A stretch of DNA of 64,000 nt from Verrucomicrobiota bacterium (GCA_012517065.1 JAAYVR010000026.1:2390-66389), one strand, 5' to 3'. Positions 55,131 to 62,753 are shown, numbered from the stretch's first letter. Numbers and translations: made by a program. Notes: generated by a model from the sequence alone, not told the origin.

Positions 55131-57590
55131 TCATGTCTCCAGCGGCTGCCCCTTACCAATTCCCGGCTCTGCCGGGACGGTTACAGCCAGCCGCAACAAC
55201 AACGTGACGATGGACACGAGCGCCACTAGTGTCAGGCCAAGGTCAAACCCCGTGTAAGCCAACCGGGTCACCGTGGCGAGCCAGTCGAACTTCACCAGCA
55301 TCGAAGCCCCGCACACGCCGGTCCAGAGGAGGAGCACCCACAGTGCGCCCGCGAGGGGCGCCGGTGTGGCTGCCACCGTTCCCTTGTTGCGGCGTTGCAA
55401 GGCCAGAACTAAGCCCAGCAACAGGATGCCGATGCCGATCCAGAAATGTGCCGCATCCAGCGTGAACCGCCGGGCGGTCATGTATTCCGCCAAGCCATGC
55501 GTGCGCACGACCAGCAATCCGCCCACGACCATGCCCACAAAGGCAAGCCAGGATAGCGCGACGGCCGTTTGCGGTGTCACGACGCCATGCCGCAGCGCCA
55601 CGTTTCGCAAGCCAAGGATGACCAGCAAGCCCGCCAGCAACGCCAGCAGCCCGTAGAGGATCGGCTTAAGCGTCGCCTCCCGAAAAGCGCCCAGCCGCAC
55701 GGAGTCGGTCGAATAGCCGAGGATCGTGTAATTCGGCCCCCATACAGGTCGGGCGTCGCCAGGCGAGAACGCGGCCAGCAGCACTGGCTGATCGAAAAAG
55801 CGCGAGTTAAACGAATGGCAGTCCACGCAACCACCCGAGCCGAGAGCGGCCCGTGCGGGGGCGATGTCGTGGTTGTATTTGTGGACGTTGGCGTAGGGCG
55901 AGGCTTCCCACTCGGTCTTGGCGAGCGCGCGGAATTCGGTGCCCGAACTATAAACGCGCTCATTTGAGACCCACACCACGCGTTTGCCTTCGAGGTCGTA
56001 GCCGAGCGATTTGAGATGGCGTGTGGTTGCAGCGATCAGTGCGTCAATTTCCTCGGGCCGGTTGATCTCCGGACGGCCGTCGCCGTTGTCGTCCTTGATG
56101 CGCGTCAGTTCGGCGTATTGGTTGGTGTCGGCCAGATGGGCCTTCCACATCGCCACGATATCGGGCGGCCGCGGTTGCATGAGGCCGGGTTTACCGGGCG
56201 TTTCGATACCGGGCCAGGCGGAATGGATGCGGTTGACGGGATAAATCTTGCCCTTGTAGCGGGCGAGCACGGGCCGGAAGGTCTCGGTGGGTTTGTCGTC
56301 GTAACCCATGACCTTGAGCAGGCCGTAGTGATTGCGATACGCGCCGTCCACGCCATAGAAAGTCCAGAGCTGCTTGCCGCCGGGATCAATCCACGCGTCG
56401 GTGTTAAACACATCACTGGCCTGAACCTGGATGGGCATGACCTGTTTTTCGGGTGTGTGACAGGTCTGGCAGGCGATCTTTTCCAAATGCAACGGCGGCA
56501 GCCATAGATGCGTGGCAACGGGCGCGCCAAAGCGGCCTGTTGTGTGACAACTGGTGCAATCCCGCACGGTGTTGTCGAGGTCATCACGCACGCGACCGCC
56601 GGGATCATCTCCCTTGCCGAATTGATGCACCTCTTGGCCGTGGATGCGCAGGTCATCGGCATTGCTGCCGGCGGGGTGGCAATCCACGCAGCGCAGCCCC
56701 GCGCGGAAATGAACGTCTGTGCGAGCGCGATAATCCGCGCCGCGTTTCTTCCAGCCCGGCTGCGCGTGGCAGGCCAAGCAGGTTTCATTACGCGGCTGGG
56801 CCACCACGCGGACCTTCACGTTGCCTGCGGCGTCGAAATGGCCGAGGTCGTAAGTGACCTGCGGCACTTGATTGCTGGCGACCGCGCCGGTCACCTGGCC
56901 AAAACCAGCCCCTACAGTTGCGGCCCAACGAAAGTTCAGCTTGGCGAGCTGGTCGTTGCGTTTCTTCATGTCGTATTCGGGCAGGTGGCAAAGCAAGCAA
57001 TCGGCCTCGACCACGCCGGTTTCGGTCCAGCGGGCCTTGTAGTAATCGCCGTCGAAACGGTTGTCGCCGCCCGGTGTCAGTCCATTGGCCGGGTCGCGCA
57101 TCCAGATGTCGTAGCGTTTGCCGTTCCGGTCAAACTCGAGCGGCCCGCCGCCCGGATGACAATTGCCGCAACCCGCCGTGATGAACGTGGCCGAGGTCAT
57201 GTCAATGGTGACCGCTGACGCATTTGTCTTGGGCGCGAGGTAACGGTAAAGCGGTGCGGGCGAACACCACGTGCCGCCGTAGTTGCCGGGTGACGTTACC
57301 CACTGATAACGCGCCGCCATGTCGGCGGGCACAGCTTCGCCCTTGCCCTGCATGAAATGGTAGCCCTGCGTGACCTTGTCGTAGTCGTGGCAACCGGCCG
57401 CGCCGCAGGTTTGGCGCGGCGAGTAAGGCGTGGTGGCGTTGATACCTTTAACCGGGTTGATGACGTTGCCCTGCTCGTCCTTGAGTTGATAGGGCGGACA
57501 AACCCGCACGGGCGGTTTGGGGGTGTCACCAGCCCCAAGAACAGCGCCAGCGGAGGCGAAAGTGACGAGCAAGCCCAGGCCGGATAGCAT
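55131..57590 (-). CDS. membrane-anchored octahaem c-type cytochrome (large periplasmic domain + 5 C-terminal TM helices)
   Basis: Signal peptide MLSGLGLLVTFASAGAVLG. Seven CxxCH (CGNCH, CLLCH, CLACH, CVDCH, CTSCH, CQTCH, CVDCH) plus one CGAAGCH (CX4CH). Five hydrophobic helices in the last ~190 aa. The track ORF extends to 57896 through repeat DNA. Confidence 0.85.
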   Translation of the reverse strand: MLSGLGLLVTFASAGAVLGAGDTPKPPVRVCPPYQLKDEQGNVINPVKGINATTPYSPRQTCGAAGCHDYDKVTQGYHFMQGKGEAVPADMAARYQWVTSPGNYGGTWCSPAPLYRYLAPKTNASAVTIDMTSATFITAGCGNCHPGGGPLEFDRNGKRYDIWMRDPANGLTPGGDNRFDGDYYKARWTETGVVEADCLLCHLPEYDMKKRNDQLAKLNFRWAATVGAGFGQVTGAVASNQVPQVTYDLGHFDAAGNVKVRVVAQPRNETCLACHAQPGWKKRGADYRARTDVHFRAGLRCVDCHPAGSNADDLRIHGQEVHQFGKGDDPGGRVRDDLDNTVRDCTSCHTTGRFGAPVATHLWLPPLHLEKIACQTCHTPEKQVMPIQVQASDVFNTDAWIDPGGKQLWTFYGVDGAYRNHYGLLKVMGYDDKPTETFRPVLARYKGKIYPVNRIHSAWPGIETPGKPGLMQPRPPDIVAMWKAHLADTNQYAELTRIKDDNGDGRPEINRPEEIDALIAATTRHLKSLGYDLEGKRVVWVSNERVYSSGTEFRALAKTEWEASPYANVHKYNHDIAPARAALGSGGCVDCHSFNSRFFDQPVLLAAFSPGDARPVWGPNYTILGYSTDSVRLGAFREATLKPILYGLLALLAGLLVILGLRNVALRHGVVTPQTAVALSWLAFVGMVVGGLLVVRTHGLAEYMTARRFTLDAAHFWIGIGILLLGLVLALQRRNKGTVAATPAPLAGALWVLLLWTGVCGASMLVKFDWLATVTRLAYTGFDLGLTLVALVSIVTLLLRLAVTVPAEPGIGKGQPLET

Positions 57591-57609
57591 CCGGCACCCA
57601 GCTTGTAGC

Positions 57610-57826
57610 GCAGACTTCCAGTCTGCCGTATCGCGGATTTCCAATCCGCAAAAGCTGCAAACTCTCCGAAGCGCCTCGAGTGACCACGCCCTGCCGACTA
57701 GAAGTCGGCGATACAGCAGGTTGGAAACCTTCGCTACAGTAGCGCGGGCTGGCAGCCTGCTGTGTCGCGCATTGGCAACAGCCGAGATGTTTCCGTTCTT
57801 GAGCGGTTCGCCGACCGCCCGTCGGC
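57610..57826. repeat. cluster of short 6-bp-stem / 5-nt-loop hairpins (family I)
   Basis: gcagacTTCCAgtctgc (57610-57626), gcggatTTCCAatccgc (57633-57649), gccgacTAGAAgtcggc (57693-57709) and gccgacCGCCCgtcggc (57810-57826). Confidence 0.8.
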
Positions 57827-57874
57827 CATGCGGCAGATTGTCAAACTGCGCTATGACTTCTTCAGAGTGCTCTT

Positions 57875-58180
57875 TCATGGCTTTTGTCCTTTCCATGCTG
57901 TGGGGGTTAAAGTCCTGGATGAAAAGCCGCCGCCCAGCGATTTGACCAGAGCCACAGCCGCAGCAAACCGCTGTCCGCGCAGCCTCGCCACGGCGCGGTT
58001 CTGCGCCTGGTCGCGGCCCACAATCTGGATGTCAAACGGCGCGGGCAGTCCGAAGTTGATGGTCTGGCTGACGATGTCCGTCGGCATCCGCAGCAGCACG
58101 AACGGCGTGAGCAGCAACAACACCAGCGCGGCCACCACGAAGGTGTAAGGCCGGCGAAGAGCTAGGCGGACGATCCACAT
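57875..58180 (-). pseudogene. relic of an RND efflux permease (N-terminal 35 aa fused to a mid-protein segment, then out of frame)
   Basis: MWIVRLALRRPYTFVVAALVLLLLTPFVLLRMPTDI is a typical RND N-terminus/TM1. It is followed directly by VSQTINFGLPAPFDIQIVGRDQAQNRAVA, a block normally about 500 residues further on. Total length is 101 codons. Confidence 0.6.
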
Positions 58181-58186
58181 GGCGCG

Positions 58187-58519
58187 TCACGTTTGGGTAA
58201 TGGCGATGTGAACGTCCTTGGGCAGAGCCAGTCCTGCGGCGACCTGCATGGCCTTGAACAGGCCCACCGGCACGGCGCATCCGGCACAACAGCCCGGCAA
58301 TGACTCACGCACGTTTTCCAACAGGCGACTCCCCCTGGCCGGATTAATTTCCTGAAAAGCATCCAGCGGACCGAGCGCCTGAAGGCGCGCGTTCAACTGC
58401 TGGATTTTGTCGCAGTCGGTTTCCAGCTCGAACGTCACGTATTGTGCATCGTCGCTGCGTGCCCGCACGGTCGTGCGGAATCCGCAGATTCCGGCTTGGA
58501 TTTCAGCCATGGCATTCAT
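58187..58519 (-). CDS. small Cys-rich protein of unknown function
   Basis: 110 aa. GICGF near the N-terminus, DCDKI, PGCCAGCAVPVGLFKAMQVAAGLALPKDV. Resembles an uncharacterised DUF family seen next to thiol-redox genes (from memory, unverified). Confidence 0.6.
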   Translation of the reverse strand: MNAMAEIQAGICGFRTTVRARSDDAQYVTFELETDCDKIQQLNARLQALGPLDAFQEINPARGSRLLENVRESLPGCCAGCAVPVGLFKAMQVAAGLALPKDVHIAITQT

Positions 58520-58669
58520 TGGTTGTCAAAACCGGTATTTGCTACTCGCAGTCTGTCTCCGACTCGGCGTTTGCTCCTCCGAGGCAGACCAGCGGAACTT
58601 GCGGGCGGCTGAGTCGTCTGCGTCCAGCCAATGTGGCTGGCCGCCCGGCAGCCCGGACAACCGCGCTGC

Positions 58670-59347
58670 TCAGCTCTTGCCCTCGAGGCGAAGGGCCACT
58701 TCGCCCACATGCTTGCCAAGCTGGGCGGCGGTTTTCAGGCCGAGCTCGTCGTCCGCGATGCTGTCCTTGGTCGAAAGCAGCGTCGCACCCTGAAATGCAG
58801 GCGCGTGGCCGCCGACAGGAATCATGCCGAAGCAGAGCAGGATGGCCTGCACCTGCTCGATGGCCATTTCCTGACCGCCGTTGCGGAACGCCCCTACCGT
58901 CACCACGCCGAACGGTTTGCCGGCCAGAACCATCTGCGGCTCACGCAACGGGGCGAGTCGTTCGAGGAAACATTTGGCCAGGCCGCTCAGGCTGCGGAAA
59001 TAGCAGGGCGTGCCGATGATCAGGCCGCCCAGGGCCGGGTCGCGGAACTTGGGCAGGACGGTCTTCATGTCGTCGTCGGGCGGCTGGGGCGACCATGGCG
59101 CGATGTTGAGCCCGCCCAGGTCGATCAGTTCAGTTTGAATCCGCGTGTCCACACTCTTGGCAGCGTCCAGTGCGGCTTGAACGGCTTTGGCTGTGGTCAT
59201 GCCCTTGCGCGGGCTGCACGAGACGCCGAGGATTCTGACGATACCCTGGCCGGGTGCTTCCGCCGCCCGGGCCGAGGTTGACGTTGCGGCCAACGCGGCA
59301 ACGCTGGCGCTGGCCAGGAAGTTCCGACGGTTGATTTGGTCTTTCAT
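58670..59347 (-). CDS. Tat-exported flavodoxin-fold NAD(P)H-dependent FMN reductase-like protein
   Basis: Twin-arginine signal MKDQINRRNFLASASVAALAATSTSARA, then ILGVSCSPRKGMTTAKAV (FMN_red-type P-loop). ATG at 59347 is preceded by AAAGGA. Confidence 0.8.
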   Translation of the reverse strand: MKDQINRRNFLASASVAALAATSTSARAAEAPGQGIVRILGVSCSPRKGMTTAKAVQAALDAAKSVDTRIQTELIDLGGLNIAPWSPQPPDDDMKTVLPKFRDPALGGLIIGTPCYFRSLSGLAKCFLERLAPLREPQMVLAGKPFGVVTVGAFRNGGQEMAIEQVQAILLCFGMIPVGGHAPAFQGATLLSTKDSIADDELGLKTAAQLGKHVGEVALRLEGKS

Positions 59348-59420
59348 GGGATGTCCTTTCGGTTTGAGGTTCAACTTTCACGCATCACGTTTCACGCATC
59401 AAGTTTCACTCTTCACGCCT
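59348..59420 (-). repeat. 7-nt periodic GTGAA-rich intergenic leader
   Basis: The minus strand reads GCGTGAA GAGTGAA ACTTGAT GCGTGAA ACGTGAT GCGTGAA AGTTGAA CCTCAAA CCGAAAG GACATCC before the ATG. Confidence 0.8.
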
Positions 59421-60119
59421 TCATGGCGCGCTGTAGATCAGCCACACGCCGCCGAGCATCACGAGGATGCCGCAGACGATTTTCAGCGCAGTGAGGCCCT
59501 TGGATTGCTCGTTCCATTTGAGCCAGCGCTCGACCAGTTCGGTGGATGTGCCCGCGGCCACTATCACACTGCAATGCCCCACGCCGTAGGCCAGTAGCAG
59601 CACGGCGCCGTAAAGGAAATTGGTCGCAGCCAGCTTGAACGTCACCGCCAACATCGGCGCCATGTACGCAAATGTGCACGGCCCAAGCGCGATGCCAAAG
59701 ATCAGTCCCAACATAAACGCCGCCAGCAGGCCCTTGCGCTTCATGCCCACTTGCCCCGGTCCGGACCACGGCATGGGAATCACGCCAACCAGATACAGGC
59801 CTACGGCAAAAAAGATCAGCGCCACGAAGTAGTTTCCGTAGCGGCCCACGTCGCCCATCAAACGCCCCGCCGCGGCCGTGATGATGCCGATGAATGCGAT
59901 GGTCGTCAGGATGCCCACCGCAAAGAGAGCCGATGTCCAGAACGCGCGCTTCGCCGTCACCGGGCCCTGCTCGCTGATGAAACCGACGATGAGCGGGATG
60001 CTGGCGAGATGGCAAGGGCTGAGGATGATGCTCAACACCCCCCAGACCGCCGCCGCGCTCAGCGCCAGCAACGGCGCCCCTTCCACCGCACGACTGAGGT
60101 TGGTGAAGAGTTGTTCCAT
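59421..60119 (-). CDS. CcdA/DsbD-type transmembrane thiol:disulfide electron transporter (possibly the ArsG-like branch)
   Basis: 232 aa, 6 TM. Membrane-embedded Cys motifs LSPCHLASIPL and LGPCTFAYMAP. Confidence 0.85.
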   Translation of the reverse strand: MEQLFTNLSRAVEGAPLLALSAAAVWGVLSIILSPCHLASIPLIVGFISEQGPVTAKRAFWTSALFAVGILTTIAFIGIITAAAGRLMGDVGRYGNYFVALIFFAVGLYLVGVIPMPWSGPGQVGMKRKGLLAAFMLGLIFGIALGPCTFAYMAPMLAVTFKLAATNFLYGAVLLLAYGVGHCSVIVAAGTSTELVERWLKWNEQSKGLTALKIVCGILVMLGGVWLIYSAP

Positions 60120-60122
60120 AAA

Positions 60123-60701
60123 TCATTGCTGGTCCAGACGCTGCGGAAAACCCGTTTGACCGGTGCTTATGGGCTGCTCTTGGCCGTCAATGAGGTTGCG
60201 CATTTCCGTTTCCACGTAGTTGCTTAACTTGGCGGGTTCATGCACCAGTTGCCATGTGTTAGCCAGCAGCTTCCACTCTTGCGGCTGGCCTTCCCGCAGC
60301 AGAACCAGCACCAGCGACGGGCACGGCAGGTTGTAGTCGGCCAGATAATGCTGGTTCTCCGGCAGATCATAATTGACCGATTCCCAAATCACACGGTTTG
60401 CCGCCACCTCGGCACCGAACTGCTGCTCCACCACCGCTTGGGCCAGCGCTTCGATCTGGAGGCACGTCTCGCAGCGGACCGTGCCGTGAAAGTAGTAGGC
60501 CATCAGGGTGCAAATCGCGTCATTGGTGGCCTCTGGATCGGCGTGGCGGGCAACGGTCTCCGCAGGCGGGGCAGGCACAGGAGAACAGCATGAGCCGTTG
60601 TCTTGCGTGCGACTCGCACTGCCCCGGCGCTTCATCGAAGATACTGCCCCCACCAGCACTAGTGCCCCGAGCAAGAAGACGATCTGCGTGCGGGGTTTCA
60701 T
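60123..60701 (-). CDS. membrane-anchored thioredoxin-fold protein with CxxC (resembles proteins RefSeq labels ArsF family; unverified)
   Basis: N-terminal TM (IVFLLGALVLVGAV). YYFHGTVRCETCLQIE motif followed by a thioredoxin-like pattern. Start moved to the ATG at 60701. Confidence 0.65.
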   Translation of the reverse strand: MKPRTQIVFLLGALVLVGAVSSMKRRGSASRTQDNGSCCSPVPAPPAETVARHADPEATNDAICTLMAYYFHGTVRCETCLQIEALAQAVVEQQFGAEVAANRVIWESVNYDLPENQHYLADYNLPCPSLVLVLLREGQPQEWKLLANTWQLVHEPAKLSNYVETEMRNLIDGQEQPISTGQTGFPQRLDQQ

Positions 60702-60865
60702 TTGCCTATCCGAATCTCGCCCACCAACGGCGCCGCTTCCCTCACGAACCGGGCGCATTTCTCGCGCAGTCTGCGTTCACCGGAGAACCGCGGCCCTCTT
60801 GGCGAACGGTCCGCCGCTCCGTTAGGCAGCAGATCAGGTGCGGACTTCATGGAATTTCGTTCCGG

Positions 60866-62194
60866 TCACTTGCACTCGCCGAGCTTGCATGCCTTCGCGA
60901 TTTGCTCAGGCGTCAGTTTCATTTTGTCCGCCAGCGCCTGCGCAATCGTGATTTGGCGCCCCGTCATCGCGGGACGGGCGTCCAGCCACTTCCGCAGGTT
61001 GTCCTGGTTGACGAAGAATCCCTGCTTGAAGCAGCCGGCCGAAACCCACTGGCCTTCGGCGTTTTTCGTTTGGCCAAACCAGGCAATGGCCGTCGGGGGG
61101 GCGATAGAGGCAATCTGGCCATCGAGCGTCTTCACCCGTATTGGTTCACCGGTCAGACCGTCATTTGCTTCGACCTCGATATCCTGCTTGAACCGTGCGG
61201 CCACACCGAGCGAGCAATGGGTACAACAGCCGTAGCCTCGTGTGGTCCCGAACTTCACCACGCAGGCGTCTTCGGGATACACCGCGCGGTCGCAGAAAGC
61301 GCACCGCGTGGCCAGTTCTTTGGACCGAAGCACGTCCCAGGCGAGCAGGTTGCCGCCGCTCGACCGCTGTTCATTCGTCGCGGCTTCCTTCTCACCGAAT
61401 GCCTTTATCGTTGGCCGCCCTTTGGCATCCATGCCGTAGATATAGACCGCCGCGGAGGCGGGCACGAGATTACCGCTGACCCAATCCGTTACGCTTACTT
61501 TGGAATCCTCGGTCTTCGGGTCTGCGCCCACAAGGCTCGAGAAGTAAATGAAGTAACAATGGGGGCTGCAGAAAATGCGTTGTTCGCTCTGCCCCTTAAC
61601 CACGGTCCTTGTCTTGGGGTCAACGTCCCCATCGCACATGAAACAGACCTTGTCGCGCGGGCGGGTATCAGGTTTGACAGGTTCCTCGCGAACGACGCCG
61701 GCGGACTGCTTGGCCAGTAAATCCACGCCCAGTTCCTTCCACTTGGCCAGGATGTCTTCCTTGCCAAAAAAGCCCACGTGGCGAAACCGTTCCTTGCCCT
61801 CTGCGTCGTAGAAAATCTGTGTGGGAATCATTTGAATGCCGTAGGCCCGGCCCGCAGCAGGATTCTTCCACACGTCAATGAACTCGACTTCCAGTCGTCC
61901 GGCATACTCGCGCTTCAGCTCTTCCAGGATCGGCGCCATCATCTTGCACGGGATGCACTTGTCCGCACCAAGATCGATCAGCTTCGGCAACTTCGCGGCA
62001 ACTGTCTGGGTGGAAGCCGGCGCTGCTGAAGCGGCCGTGGCGCTGGGGGCAGCCGCCGACTGTGCCGCCGCCGGGGGAGAATCGCCTGCACCGGCTGCAG
62101 ATTTCTTGTGGTTTTGTTTCAGCGCTACCGCGGCGATGACCGCCACCGCCAGCGCGGCGATGATGAGGAGTTTGGCGGATGTTTTCATGCTCAC
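60866..62194 (-). CDS. membrane-anchored thioredoxin fused to two TRASH-type Cys4 modules with NosL-like segments
   Basis: TM anchor; Trx domain with CIPC. CFMC-x21-CSPHC and CAFC-x21-CCTHC both fit the TRASH pattern C-x2-C-x19-22-C-x3-C. C-terminal tail CKLGEC. Confidence 0.8.
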   Translation of the reverse strand: MSMKTSAKLLIIAALAVAVIAAVALKQNHKKSAAGAGDSPPAAAQSAAAPSATAASAAPASTQTVAAKLPKLIDLGADKCIPCKMMAPILEELKREYAGRLEVEFIDVWKNPAAGRAYGIQMIPTQIFYDAEGKERFRHVGFFGKEDILAKWKELGVDLLAKQSAGVVREEPVKPDTRPRDKVCFMCDGDVDPKTRTVVKGQSEQRIFCSPHCYFIYFSSLVGADPKTEDSKVSVTDWVSGNLVPASAAVYIYGMDAKGRPTIKAFGEKEAATNEQRSSGGNLLAWDVLRSKELATRCAFCDRAVYPEDACVVKFGTTRGYGCCTHCSLGVAARFKQDIEVEANDGLTGEPIRVKTLDGQIASIAPPTAIAWFGQTKNAEGQWVSAGCFKQGFFVNQDNLRKWLDARPAMTGRQITIAQALADKMKLTPEQIAKACKLGECK

Positions 62195-62249
62195 TTGGTA
62201 TTCCCGGTTTTCTGAAACATTGGCTGTTGGTTGCAGCTTTCCATGGGTC

Positions 62250-62753
62250 TCATTCTGAACCGGCCCGGCAGCAGCAGCCTCCAGCAGGGGACGGTGTCAT
62301 GCCACCTTTTGCTTGGTGGACGAGCCGCTGAACATTGCCCAAACAGCAAGACCCTTGTGGGTTGGTACGCTCGCATGCATCCAGCCCTTGAGAGCACTTG
62401 GACTTGATGTCTTGCAGGATGCTGGAAGAGCCTGTTTCGCGCACCTCGCTCTGAATCGCTCGCACTGTGTGCCCGAAGCAGTAGCAAACCAACCGATCCG
62501 GGTTGGTGCTCTTTTGGAAAACCTCGACGCGCACTTCATTCAAACGCACGAGGTCGCTCGACCCCGGCTGGTAGTAAACGACCTCGCACTCCGGGCTTTG
62601 GCAGAACAAAAAGCCGGGCTTTGAAGGCAGACGGCTGCTTACTTCTGGCACGAGCATGGCTGACACTGTTGTTGGAGAAACAGGCCTGCCTCGCTGGCCA
62701 CAGCTTGGGCACCTGTCGTCAATGGCCCTTGAACAGCACGATGTGAGGTTCAC
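62250..62753 (-). CDS. CopZ-N-terminal-domain-like metallochaperone (Zn-ribbon + BFD-like [2Fe-2S] motif) with poly-Cys tail
   Basis: CCSRAIDDRCPSCG, FCQSPECEVVYY, VCYCFGHT...CERTNPQGSCC and the tail GGCCCRAG. Confidence 0.65.
   Translation of the reverse strand: MNLTSCCSRAIDDRCPSCGQRGRPVSPTTVSAMLVPEVSSRLPSKPGFLFCQSPECEVVYYQPGSSDLVRLNEVRVEVFQKSTNPDRLVCYCFGHTVRAIQSEVRETGSSSILQDIKSKCSQGLDACERTNPQGSCCLGNVQRLVHQAKGGMTPSPAGGCCCRAGSE

Noticed and set aside
57591-57896. 102-codon N-terminal extension of the cytochrome ORF (start at 57896)
   Set aside because: It is encoded by hairpin-repeat DNA and lacks a signal peptide. The internal ATG at 57590 is followed immediately by a typical signal sequence.
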